Shown here one piece after another: positions 26,601-36,092 of a stretch of DNA of 64,000 bases (the stretch's first letter is position 1; each line of letters starts with the position of its first letter). Source of the stretch: a virus; the IMG/VR virus record IMGVR_UViG_3300023179_000053, positions 29,814 to 93,813 of that record. The stretch is one strand, 5' to 3'. The translations under genes and the position numbers were made by a program. The notes beneath the pieces were generated by a model. That model made no database searches. It was not told the DNA's origin and was given only the letters and a program-made list of their open reading frames with translations.

Positions 26601-27092
26601 TCATCCTCCTAATGTGTATAACACTCTTTTATTATAAAGCTCTGGGAATCCTGGCGTGCCAACTAATGGAAAAGTAAAATCAATTTTGTGTATTATCTTT
26701 TTTCCTGATTTAAATAATATTGTATTAAACTGGTTAAGACTTGGTTGATGATCTATTGGAAATTCTATCACTGAAATTTTAGAATTGTAAATTAAATTTA
26801 TAACAGTAGATATTTCATCATCATCACCTTCTATGTGACAACCTAAAATAACAACGGCATAATTTGTATCTATTAATTCTTCATTATACGTTTTAAACCA
26901 TTCAAATACAGTGCCATGAAATGTGTTTGGAAGAGTTTTAAGTGGATCAATTGAATGTAATTTTGAATTTATATTTAATTCTTTTTTATATGTTCCAATA
27001 TCAATTACCAAATCAAAACTATCCACAAAATATTCTGCAATCCTATGTCTAACAGAATATTCCGGAGTTATTAAGTATTCCCATTTATCCAT
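26601..27092 (-). CDS. putative Rossmann-fold methyltransferase-like protein
   Basis: VIDIG and SIDP SAM-binding-like motifs; start moved to MDKWEY. Confidence 0.5.
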   Translation of the reverse strand: MDKWEYLITPEYSVRHRIAEYFVDSFDLVIDIGTYKKELNINSKLHSIDPLKTLPNTFHGTVFEWFKTYNEELIDTNYAVVILGCHIEGDDDEISTVINLIYNSKISVIEFPIDHQPSLNQFNTILFKSGKKIIHKIDFTFPLVGTPGFPELYNKRVLYTLGG

Positions 27093-27688
27093 TACACACC
27101 TTCTTTTGGCATAATTAAAGCAGTACCGCATCCAATTGTAAAATTAATAAAACCATAATTATTTTCTTCTGCCCACTTTTTTGCCGCAAGGTATGATCCG
27201 ATTTGTAATCCTTGAAGAACTGCAGGTAAATTATTTGTATCATGAACTGTTATAGCCCAATTATCTTTTCTCATTCTAGAGCCATAATTTTTTAAATCAT
27301 TATACACTTGCTCATATGTATGATCAGCATCAACATGCAAATAACTAATATTTTCAAATTCAGAAAAAGCTTCATCAGTCATTTTTTTTATAACTTTAAT
27401 ATCTGGATATTCTGGAATTTTAAAATCATACACAGGTCTGCCCCAAATTCCAATATCTGCATCAACAATAGACACATTGGTATTATTAATAATCTTATGC
27501 TGAACAAGTTTTAATTGAGCTTGATACATTAATTTTGGCACAAAGCCAGCGCCTGAACCTAAACAAACGCAAATTTCAGATTTTAAAGCATATGGCAATG
27601 AATAATACAACGCCCCCATGCCGGGGTGCTCGCCAAATGCCCCATGAGATTCTGACCATTTTGAGCTGTTTATAATTTCTGTATACAT
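27092..27688 (-). CDS. class I SAM-dependent methyltransferase (Methyltransf_24-like)
   Basis: VCLGSGAG, LHVDADHTYEQV..D and TVHD motifs. Confidence 0.82.
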   Translation of the reverse strand: MYTEIINSSKWSESHGAFGEHPGMGALYYSLPYALKSEICVCLGSGAGFVPKLMYQAQLKLVQHKIINNTNVSIVDADIGIWGRPVYDFKIPEYPDIKVIKKMTDEAFSEFENISYLHVDADHTYEQVYNDLKNYGSRMRKDNWAITVHDTNNLPAVLQGLQIGSYLAAKKWAEENNYGFINFTIGCGTALIMPKEGV

Positions 27689-30600
27689 TATACCTCAACC
27701 ATATTTTTTATTTGTTTTCTAACGATGTAATCCTCGATAGTAATTAGTTTATCAGCAGAATCGAGCTTGAAAGAGTCAAGTCGATTAAGAGTTTCCTTAT
27801 CTTCAATCTTTGATAGTCGTGCAGCATACCATTCACCCTCTTTAAGCAGCGCCTTTACCTTCTTATACACTGCCGCAAATATCACTACCTTAAAGAATTG
27901 CTTCCCATCCCAGCAATAAACACTCGCCATCTCTTTGCCTGTTGATGTTTTAAAACTTCTAATATTGAATACATACATCATTGTCTTTGGATCATTGATG
28001 AAACCTATATCGTGCTTATAGACCCAAGAATATTTGTGGTCAGTACCGGATTTCTTCATCATCATGATATTATAAAGCTTTGAGTCTTGCGCCTGATAAA
28101 CATCACAGTATGCGTGAAGCGTTCTATCACCAATCAACGCATAAACATAATCACGCTGTGCTAGCTCGGTATTTCTTTCACCAAAAACGGTACAAGAGCC
28201 GGAGTGATCTTCAAACTCAACCCGCAAATAATTCTGCGCCTTCTTTGTAGACCTAACTACGGCTTTAATCAGCGTTAAATTAGAGGCGGTCTCATGAAAA
28301 TCTGCAGCATTTTCTACAAATTCATCAATATCTGTCTTAAATTCACTAGCCTTAATAGGGAATCCAAGAATTGGCAAGTAGTATCTAGGGTGATCGAACT
28401 GAGATACGTGCCCAATTGACTCAAATGCACCGACCTTATCCAAATTTTCTCTCAGCGGAGCCTTAACTGCACTCTTGGAGCACTTATTATTAAACTCCTC
28501 AAACGAATTGAATGGTCTCTTTGCGAATATTTCGTTTATTGCACTTACACCACAGCCGGTAACATTGGTAAGACCAAATCTAATGCCTTCTTCTTCATCA
28601 GGAAGAGACATTGAAAAGAATTCTTGTGACTTATTGATATCCGGTGGATAAATTTTAAGACCTAGCCGCTGCGCTTCCATCAAATACGCTGTAATTTTGT
28701 CAGTTGCAGACTCATTGTATAATAACGCCCACATAAATTCAAGTGGATAGTTAACCTTCAACCACATTGTTTGATAGGACATTAAAGAATAAGCAACAGC
28801 GTGGGATTTATTAAACATATACAACGCTGAAAGCTCAAATTCAGACCAAATCTTATCCGATTGCGCCTTTGTTAAATATTTATTGTTAACAAACTTGTCT
28901 TTGAACTTATCAAACTCAGCAACATCACGCTTCTTACCAATGATCTTACGCAAAGAGTCTGCTTCAGACCATGTAAAGTCAGCCAGCAGCACCGCCATTT
29001 GCATCAATTGCTCTTGGAAAATAACTGTGCCATAGGTTTCTTCTAAAATCGATTTCACAACCTCGTGGGCATACTTTGGATTTGTTTCACCCTTCTTGCA
29101 GTCAATATATCTCTGCCCTTGGGATAGCAAAGCGCCGGGTCTAACCAGAGCGTTTGACACAACAAGGTCGTTAAAGTTATCAATACCCATACGCTCAATC
29201 AAATTACGATAGGCGGCAGCATCTGTTTGGAAAATACCCACCGTATTGATGTTATTAAAGTTCTCATACACCTTTTGGTCGTCTAGGGCTAGGGAGAGCG
29301 CTTCCACATCCCTTCCATAACGCTTCCTAATCATTTCTAAAGCGTCTTTAATGACAGATACGGTCTTGAGACCCAAAACGTCTATTTTTATAAGCCCAAC
29401 GGCTTCTGCGTCTTCCATCGCAAAGGCTGTAACGGCACTTCTTTCCCCACCCTGTGAGTCTTTTCTGGATTCCACCGGACACACTTCGGTCAATGGAACC
29501 GCCGATACCACCATTCCTGCAGCATGGACACCTGCTGTGCGTACACGCTCTTGTAGGCGCTCTGCAAGCGCGGGAACATCGGGATATTTGCGAACAAATA
29601 TCTTGCCTTTCTCCGTGCTCTTTAGTTCATCAATGGTTTCAAAATATGGGGTGATATTATTGATCTCGGCATACGGAACCTGTAGAATTCTGGCAACATC
29701 TTTCACCGCACTCTTTGGTTTAAATGTGCCATAAATGGAAATCGCCGCTACCTTGTCTTCTCCCCAGCGTGTGGCAAGATAATTTTTGACTTCATCTCTG
29801 CGTTTATCTTCAAAGTCAAGGTCAATGTCTGGATAGTCGTTTCTTTCGGGGTTGATAAATCGTGAAAACAAAAGCTTATATTGAAGCGGGTCAACCTTTG
29901 TAATATCCAACAGATACGCCAGCAAACTTCCGCCAACCGAGCCTCGCCCTGTGCCTCGCCCAATGCCGTTGTTATCCGCCCATTTTACCAAGTCCCATAC
30001 AATCAAGAAATAATCCGCAAAGCCGAGCTGTTTAATAATTGCCAATTCTTCTTCAAGCCGAGCCATATATTCATCCCCAAGATTTAATTCCTTGAGCCGG
30101 AATTCCGCCATCTCTTTTAGATAATCATCGGAGTTGAGCGACTTCATATACTTGGGCAAAAGATTCTTCCTTTTCTCCAGCTTTGCCGTACACTTCTGCG
30201 CTACTTCAACGGTATTCTCCAGAATATCTGCTCTGTCATAACCGGCATCTTTAAACCACGATGCCACTTCTGCTGCATCTGCCAAGTACGGATTGATTTC
30301 ATCAAAGCGTAAAGACCTGTTAGGATACATATTATTGATTTTCGCCACCATATCAAGACTGGGGTTGTGTAAACAGTCGGCATGGTCTTTGGCATGTCTT
30401 TGGTCTGCTGCCCCAAGGCTTGGGTATTGAGAAATCATAAGAAGTATTTCTTCACACCCCTTATCCTTTCTTGAAGGGAAATGACAGTCTGCTGTTGCCA
30501 CCACCTTGCGCCCATAAGTTTGGGCAAGGCTTATTAGACCATCATTTAGCTCTTTTGGATTCCAAGCCTGTATTTCATAATAGAAGTCATCTTTAAATAT

Positions 30601-31089
30601 TTTTATAAAGCGTTCTGATAGCTCTTGCGCTCTATTTGTATCGCCCGCCATAATTGATTTAGATATGGCGCTAGCCATGCAACCAGACAACGCAATTACA
30701 TCGTTATCCACCAACTGCTCAAGAAGATCAAAATCGATTCTTGGTTTATAATAAAAGTTTTTTACCCAAGCTTTTTCATTAATCTTGAAAAGCTTTTTTA
30801 AACCATCATTATTTTTGGCAAGAAGTATAAGATGAAATCTTTCGCTTGTATCCTCTGCATCTTGTGGAACTGATGGAACAAAGTATGCCTCAATACCAAA
30901 CAATGGTTTAACATCATGCTTACTGCATGCTTCTTGAAACTTCAACACACCGCCCATTGTGCCGTGATCAGTTATTGCCGCTGCAATCTGACCATTTATG
31001 CTTGTAATTTTTGCTATCTCATCTGGGGTTGACATTCCGTCAAGTAGGGAATATTCAGAATGGCAGTGAAGGTGAACGAAATCTGTCAC
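27688..31089 (-). CDS. dnaE: DNA polymerase III alpha subunit
   Basis: PHP domain HLHCHSEYSLLDG/TDHG, GRGSVGGSL, PDIDLD, KIDVLGL, FNKSHA and OB-fold C-terminus. Confidence 0.97.
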   Translation of the reverse strand: MTDFVHLHCHSEYSLLDGMSTPDEIAKITSINGQIAAAITDHGTMGGVLKFQEACSKHDVKPLFGIEAYFVPSVPQDAEDTSERFHLILLAKNNDGLKKLFKINEKAWVKNFYYKPRIDFDLLEQLVDNDVIALSGCMASAISKSIMAGDTNRAQELSERFIKIFKDDFYYEIQAWNPKELNDGLISLAQTYGRKVVATADCHFPSRKDKGCEEILLMISQYPSLGAADQRHAKDHADCLHNPSLDMVAKINNMYPNRSLRFDEINPYLADAAEVASWFKDAGYDRADILENTVEVAQKCTAKLEKRKNLLPKYMKSLNSDDYLKEMAEFRLKELNLGDEYMARLEEELAIIKQLGFADYFLIVWDLVKWADNNGIGRGTGRGSVGGSLLAYLLDITKVDPLQYKLLFSRFINPERNDYPDIDLDFEDKRRDEVKNYLATRWGEDKVAAISIYGTFKPKSAVKDVARILQVPYAEINNITPYFETIDELKSTEKGKIFVRKYPDVPALAERLQERVRTAGVHAAGMVVSAVPLTEVCPVESRKDSQGGERSAVTAFAMEDAEAVGLIKIDVLGLKTVSVIKDALEMIRKRYGRDVEALSLALDDQKVYENFNNINTVGIFQTDAAAYRNLIERMGIDNFNDLVVSNALVRPGALLSQGQRYIDCKKGETNPKYAHEVVKSILEETYGTVIFQEQLMQMAVLLADFTWSEADSLRKIIGKKRDVAEFDKFKDKFVNNKYLTKAQSDKIWSEFELSALYMFNKSHAVAYSLMSYQTMWLKVNYPLEFMWALLYNESATDKITAYLMEAQRLGLKIYPPDINKSQEFFSMSLPDEEEGIRFGLTNVTGCGVSAINEIFAKRPFNSFEEFNNKCSKSAVKAPLRENLDKVGAFESIGHVSQFDHPRYYLPILGFPIKASEFKTDIDEFVENAADFHETASNLTLIKAVVRSTKKAQNYLRVEFEDHSGSCTVFGERNTELAQRDYVYALIGDRTLHAYCDVYQAQDSKLYNIMMMKKSGTDHKYSWVYKHDIGFINDPKTMMYVFNIRSFKTSTGKEMASVYCWDGKQFFKVVIFAAVYKKVKALLKEGEWYAARLSKIEDKETLNRLDSFKLDSADKLITIEDYIVRKQIKNMVEV

Positions 31090-31100
31090 TTTTACTCCTG

Positions 31101-31649
31101 TTATGATAGTGGTTTAACTTCAATGTCGAATAAGGTTTCTATTGTATCGTACTTTCCCCAAAATTCCTGGTTATACCACTGCTTTCTTAAAAAACATTTC
31201 ACCCCTGCAGACTGCAATATTAGTATTTCTGCCGGATTATCTTCTACAACAAATATTGGTTGAATATCTTTTATTACATTTATTTTTTCACCAAAATTTG
31301 AAAACACTGGAACTTGAGAATTGATGTTCCATTTTTCTAACCAAGGCAGCGTTTGCTTTACAGCGTTCTCTTGCCTTCTTGCTGTAACAATATGTATGTT
31401 ATATCCCATACTAAACCAATAATTTACTTGATACCAAGCATCTTCATATGGCTTCATGTTTGCCCAGAATAATGGTCTATTAAAAATTTCCAATGCATCC
31501 TTATCTTTGGTACTAGATATAAGCCATTCTCCGTAATTCATTTCTTCTATTGGCACACCACGAGAAGATAAGACTTTAAATAAAGAAGTATCAATATCTG
31601 CAATTACACCGTCTAAATCCAATACAATGGATTCGTTTACTTTTTTCAT
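31101..31649 (-). CDS. HAD-family 5'(3')-deoxyribonucleotidase-like protein
   Basis: DLDGVIAD, VTAR, K and VEDN HAD motifs. Confidence 0.85.
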   Translation of the reverse strand: MKKVNESIVLDLDGVIADIDTSLFKVLSSRGVPIEEMNYGEWLISSTKDKDALEIFNRPLFWANMKPYEDAWYQVNYWFSMGYNIHIVTARRQENAVKQTLPWLEKWNINSQVPVFSNFGEKINVIKDIQPIFVVEDNPAEILILQSAGVKCFLRKQWYNQEFWGKYDTIETLFDIEVKPLS

Positions 31650-31662
31650 TTTACCTCTTTCG

Positions 31663-31734
31663 CTGGGGAGGATGGGTTTGCACCACCATCTTCTAATTAT
31701 TGGTCAATTAGCGCTTTGCTTAAGCTACTCCCCA
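31663..31734 (-). tRNA. degenerate tRNA-like gene (identity unclear; loop-central triplet CCA)
   Basis: Acceptor TGGGGAG/CTCCCCA, D arm GCTT-AAGCA-AAGC, stem CTAATT-GACCAAT-AATTAG, T arm GGTGG-TGCAAAC-CCATC; lacks U33, D-loop GG and TTC. Confidence 0.6.
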
Positions 31735-31741
31735 CTTATTT

Positions 31742-32383
31742 CTACCAGCTATCTTTTAACTCTCCAGTAGTCAAAAACACCTGTTGCTTTTCATAAGGCA
31801 ACTTCATATATACATTATCTAATTGATGCATTGGGAGATCCGAAATAGCCTTCGGCTCCGGCGACACATCTAATGGGATAAGTGAATAGTTGGTATCGGC
31901 AGCAGTTGAGCCTGTGCGTGAATACTTGTAATATCTGTCAGTCACTGTGCTGAATTCTTTTGCATATTCAATCAATGTCAATCCAACATGGCGCTGATTA
32001 AATGTTGTATCAAGAACTCTTGGCTCCCATACACCAGGCTCTGTTTCAACTGCAATGTTGATCAAAAGATGCGGCTTAGGTCTCCAAGCCTTATCAACAA
32101 CAGCCTGCTCAGTAGCCCAGCACCTGTAATTGTGCTCTTCTAACGAAGCTGTTGAAGCAACTCTCCACTTCCAATTGATTGGGGATGTTACCACAGGAAC
32201 CGTAATTCCTGTACCAACGGCTTCTGAATAATTCTTTGAGTCTTCTGTCAATTCTTGTCTGAATCTAATACGGAACGACTGCCCTGCTTGAACAGTAAAG
32301 AATCGTTTTGGACCATTCTTACCACCTACTGGTGTTACTGCCTTTTCAAGGTCTTTTAATGTTTTAACTGATGTAAATGCCAT
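31742..32383 (-). CDS. putative single-stranded DNA-binding protein (gp32-like)
   Basis: Position after primase; F.V..GQS.RIRF and RTGS..DTNYSLIP pattern of phage SSBs. Confidence 0.65.
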   Translation of the reverse strand: MAFTSVKTLKDLEKAVTPVGGKNGPKRFFTVQAGQSFRIRFRQELTEDSKNYSEAVGTGITVPVVTSPINWKWRVASTASLEEHNYRCWATEQAVVDKAWRPKPHLLINIAVETEPGVWEPRVLDTTFNQRHVGLTLIEYAKEFSTVTDRYYKYSRTGSTAADTNYSLIPLDVSPEPKAISDLPMHQLDNVYMKLPYEKQQVFLTTGELKDSW

Positions 32384-32391
32384 ATTTTCTC

Positions 32392-33318
32392 CTATATAAT
32401 TTTTTGTTTGTTGTTTATTGCTTCTTGTATTTCATTACCAGACATTTCGCCGGGGTCTTTCAACCCCATTGGAATGCTTGCGAACGAGAGATCTTTCCCT
32501 CGACACATCTCTATAATACCACGCCGCATCGCCTCTCCAGCGTCATCATTGTCAGAAAATATAATTATGCTATCAAAAAACTTTCTAATTATTTTAACTT
32601 GCTTTTCTGACACTGCCGCTCCAAGTGTAGCAATAACATTTGGGAAACCAGCTTGATGAACGAACATGCAGTCAATACTACCTTCAACAATTATACATGA
32701 TGGGTATTGCTTTGCATTTTGTATATTAAATAAATTATCAGCTCTTTTGAATCCTTTATTGTATAAATATCTTGGCTCTTGATGCGATTCAACAGCTCTA
32801 CCTATAAAGCCGGTGAGTTTGTAATTATGAGCCCTTACAGGGATTACAACTCTGTTCTTTTCATTTGAAAATCCAACTTCAAAATATTGAATAGTTTCAA
32901 TAGATAACCCACGTTCAATCAAGGTAATTATTTTTCCAATATGATCTTTATTGCTATAATCTATAACAACATCATCAATTACTAATTCGTTAACATTTTC
33001 TTTGACATACTTAAAACTATTCAACTGCTTTTCAATTGATAATTTATCCAAAGCAAAATCTTTGCCATACGGCTTGCCTGTCAAATGAAAATACAACTGT
33101 CTAAAATTACCCTTTTTACCACAAGATGGATTAAAACATTGCCATAAACCTGTTTTAGTATTTATATACATAGCGGCGCTATGCACATTCTTATGAAATG
33201 GGCAAAAGACATTTAATTCTTGACCATTTACAGCCTGAACAGGAACTGAGTATTTAGCAAATAGATTATATATCTCTTCTTCTAATTGTTTAGACGTAAA
33301 TTTTGAATTTGTAGACAT
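32392..33318 (-). CDS. dnaG: DNA primase (zinc finger plus TOPRIM)
   Basis: CPFH...CF..C.KKGN, VEGSID and DNDDAG motifs. Confidence 0.93.
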   Translation of the reverse strand: MSTNSKFTSKQLEEEIYNLFAKYSVPVQAVNGQELNVFCPFHKNVHSAAMYINTKTGLWQCFNPSCGKKGNFRQLYFHLTGKPYGKDFALDKLSIEKQLNSFKYVKENVNELVIDDVVIDYSNKDHIGKIITLIERGLSIETIQYFEVGFSNEKNRVVIPVRAHNYKLTGFIGRAVESHQEPRYLYNKGFKRADNLFNIQNAKQYPSCIIVEGSIDCMFVHQAGFPNVIATLGAAVSEKQVKIIRKFFDSIIIFSDNDDAGEAMRRGIIEMCRGKDLSFASIPMGLKDPGEMSGNEIQEAINNKQKII

Positions 33319-33472
33319 CCCGGCTCTTATCGTAATCTGTAATTAAGTTTGTCTTACCAAAATTTCCTTTTTTCTTTCTTGCTTCGTCTTCCATCCAAGG
33401 TCTTAATCTAGACAGCGTTTCAATGTCTACAACCTCACCAGAGACTATAACTTTATTTATTTTTTTATTCAT
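33290..33472 (-). CDS. hypothetical protein (start moved to MNKKIN)
   Basis: short ORF coupled to dnaB by TAATG. Confidence 0.6.
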   Translation of the reverse strand: MNKKINKVIVSGEVVDIETLSRLRPWMEDEARKKKGNFGKTNLITDYDKSRDVYKFKIYV

Positions 33473-34686
33473 TAAATATCCCACTCCTCTGACCATTTTC
33501 CTGTTTCTAAATTCCATCTAAGATAGAAGCCGAAATGTGAAGCTCGCCTTACTTTTCTAGATATCACTTGGAATAAATCTGACGACATCTCTCGATGTAT
33601 AGCCAGTACTAAGTCGGCATCATATGCCAATTGCTTACTCCAAGCGACCTCTTCAAGCTCTGGTGGTCTTTCAGAATGACCATCAGCCATTGTTACTGCA
33701 GCAACATCTATAATTGGCACGCCGTTTTTAACAGCTATTCTCTTAAAAGCTTTAGAAAGGTTCTTAGCTTTTTCTGTTTCTGTTTTAGAGCCGGATGCAT
33801 CATCAAATAAACCGTGATAGTCAAGAATAACAATATCAGGATGATATTGATCAATCTTTGCCTGCACCATGTTTTGGTCTGCTGTTTCAAGACCTTCTGA
33901 TGTAACTAAATGAATTGCATGTTTACCAGTAAAGGTAACTTCAGCCCATTTCTCATATGTCTCAAGTATCTGTGGATTAGCTTTAACCAAGTCAGTATTT
34001 GTAAAATGACCTTCTCCATTATTTAATAATGTATCAAGTCTTTGACCTTCTTGTTGCTTATTCATTTCTAACGAAATAATAAGTGGTCGATAACCAGCTT
34101 TCCATGCATTAACTGCAAAGAGTCTAGCAATAAAGGATTTGCCAACACCTGTCCATCCAAGAAGAACAATAAAATCACCAGGCTGCCAGCCTCCAAATAC
34201 TTTATCAATTACATTGATACCAGATGGAATTCCCTGTATATCTTTCTTATTCTTAGACCTCTCCTTAAGATCTTCTGCACGGTCTTTCCACTCACCAACT
34301 AAATCAGTATCTTTAAGGTTACTGGAGAACTTATATAATTTAGAAGTTTCTTCCATTAAAAAAGACAATGCCTGTCTAGCGCCAGCATCGCCAATTAAAT
34401 TATGTGCTTTAGATACTATACTTCTTGTTTGATACGCGAGAGATTCTTTCTTTGCTTCATCAATATAATAAGCTATAGGCTCTGGAGTGGATATAAACTC
34501 AAAATCTGGGTGATGCTGTTTAACAGTTTCTTTTGATGGAACTCGCTTATGATCCTCATAATGGCTCACAACAAAATTCCATATATCTCTGTGCTCTAAG
34601 AATACATTCTCAACTCCGCCATTTACAGCAGATACATAGTCTTTAGAGTCAATGATTGCATTAAGCAATCTAACTTCGTAGTTCAT
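33472..34686 (-). CDS. dnaB: replicative DnaB-like helicase
   Basis: GIPSG, Walker A GWTGVGKS, SLEM, ILDY and DAD motifs. Confidence 0.93.
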   Translation of the reverse strand: MNYEVRLLNAIIDSKDYVSAVNGGVENVFLEHRDIWNFVVSHYEDHKRVPSKETVKQHHPDFEFISTPEPIAYYIDEAKKESLAYQTRSIVSKAHNLIGDAGARQALSFLMEETSKLYKFSSNLKDTDLVGEWKDRAEDLKERSKNKKDIQGIPSGINVIDKVFGGWQPGDFIVLLGWTGVGKSFIARLFAVNAWKAGYRPLIISLEMNKQQEGQRLDTLLNNGEGHFTNTDLVKANPQILETYEKWAEVTFTGKHAIHLVTSEGLETADQNMVQAKIDQYHPDIVILDYHGLFDDASGSKTETEKAKNLSKAFKRIAVKNGVPIIDVAAVTMADGHSERPPELEEVAWSKQLAYDADLVLAIHREMSSDLFQVISRKVRRASHFGFYLRWNLETGKWSEEWDI

Positions 34687-34997
34687 TAAGATTCCAATCT
34701 TTTTTTAGTTTCCTGTACAATATCTTTAAACTTATCCTGCGACTTCTTTTCGAACTCAACCCTTTCTACGAATGTTCTAGATTCTATAGCAAAATCAAAC
34801 AGCAGGAACGGACCTGGGCGAGATTTTATAAAATATTCAACCGCGTTCTCCAGATTGTCTTTCTTGTAAAAAGATGCAAGCGCATCTGCGACTTGCTCTT
34901 GCCTTGGCGAATCCGGTATAAAAAGTTTATGATACTTTTTGCAATAATTTTTGAAGCATTCTATCAGTTCGCTTCCAGTTATTATCATTTGGATCAC
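34686..34997 (-). CDS. hypothetical protein
   Basis: ORF coupled to dnaB. Confidence 0.7.
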   Translation of the reverse strand: MIQMIITGSELIECFKNYCKKYHKLFIPDSPRQEQVADALASFYKKDNLENAVEYFIKSRPGPFLLFDFAIESRTFVERVEFEKKSQDKFKDIVQETKKRLES

Positions 34998-35220
34998 TTA
35001 CTTCCTTCCATGTTTCCTGCATGATATCATACTCTGAAAGACCGCCATTGACTCCGTAAAAAGAATCTGTCTCCCACATATGCATTATACATTCTTTTCT
35101 TACAGTGCAAGATTGACAAACTTTTTTAGCATAATCAACTTCACTATATTTATAAGAAAACCAGTGTTTACTATTTTTATCTATTAAGCAAAGAGCTTTC
35201 TTTCTCCAGCCGGATATCAC
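34927..35220 (-). CDS. whiB: WhiB-family transcription factor (divergent)
   Basis: W.KKALC ... AKKVCQSCTVRKEC ... GVNGGLSE. Confidence 0.85.
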   Translation of the reverse strand: MISGWRKKALCLIDKNSKHWFSYKYSEVDYAKKVCQSCTVRKECIMHMWETDSFYGVNGGLSEYDIMQETWKEVSDPNDNNWKRTDRMLQKLLQKVS

Positions 35221-35432
35221 TTTTCTGCGTCCAGCTCTTGCAGTTTAGACTCAATTTGTGAATCAACTGCATCCCATAATTTCTTCCAACCTTCTTCATC
35301 TTCAATACCACTGCAAACAACTCTTGCACCGGCATCTAATCTTAATGACTCATAGTTGCCAAGATTTTTGGTAATCCCAACAGATGCCCAAATTTCAACT
35401 TGACCTTCATTAATTTTATTTACTTTTGTCAT
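35217..35432 (-). CDS. hypothetical protein
   Basis: GITKNLGNYESLRLD motif. Confidence 0.75.
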   Translation of the reverse strand: MTKVNKINEGQVEIWASVGITKNLGNYESLRLDAGARVVCSGIEDEEGWKKLWDAVDSQIESKLQELDAEK

Positions 35433-35434
35433 AA

Positions 35435-35878
35435 TTAGCTCCTTTTTAATTTGATTTTTTGTGACATTCTTATGATTCTAGCATTAACATTTTTACTATT
35501 AGACGGTCTTCCCGGCACTCTTTTGTTGAAAAAAGCAACCATGTCGTAGACATCTTGCTTATCATAATAGCGCCAGTTTTTATATCCATCGCACGTTTCG
35601 CTAAACTTTTTTCCACTTGGAATTAAATTACGTTTTTCATACTTTCTTATGGTGTCTGGTCTTTTCTCAACTATCTTTGCTACTTCCCCTATAGTATAAA
35701 TTCTATGCAAAATTAATTCTGAGTTTTGATATGGAAATATAACTTCTTTTTTAGAATTAAGATCTGTAGCATAAATTTGGTTCATATTCTTAACAATTTT
35801 TTTAACTTTAATAATTGTTTCAGAATATTTGTAAAATTTATTTTTAATTATTTTGTCTTGTAGTAGCATAACGCTCAT
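35435..35878 (-). CDS. MerR-type HTH DNA-binding protein
   Basis: YTIGEVAKIV....DTIRKYE..LIP ... WRYY. Confidence 0.85.
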   Translation of the reverse strand: MSVMLLQDKIIKNKFYKYSETIIKVKKIVKNMNQIYATDLNSKKEVIFPYQNSELILHRIYTIGEVAKIVEKRPDTIRKYEKRNLIPSGKKFSETCDGYKNWRYYDKQDVYDMVAFFNKRVPGRPSNSKNVNARIIRMSQKIKLKRS

Positions 35879-36092
35879 TTATTGTTTTAAAATTAAACTC
35901 TGTTAAAATTTTATTAAGCTCAGAAACTGCAATATCAACTCCTCTTGCGCAAGACAGACATGTTAGGTCTATCCAAGATGTTTTCATTGCATAATATTGA
36001 ACACCTGTCATCATTTTGCCACCACAATGTGTGCAACGAAGTTCTTGATTTGCATAATAACTTTTTAATTCTGGAATGTGTATATTTTTCAT
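35844..36092 (-). CDS. zinc-ribbon protein
   Basis: CTHCGGKM ... CLSC. Confidence 0.7.
   Translation of the reverse strand: MKNIHIPELKSYYANQELRCTHCGGKMMTGVQYYAMKTSWIDLTCLSCARGVDIAVSELNKILTEFNFKTINERYATTRQNN

Noticed and set aside
27688-34686. Inteins or introns in dnaE, dnaG or dnaB
   Set aside because: Protein lengths are normal, the ORFs are uninterrupted and no splicing motifs are seen
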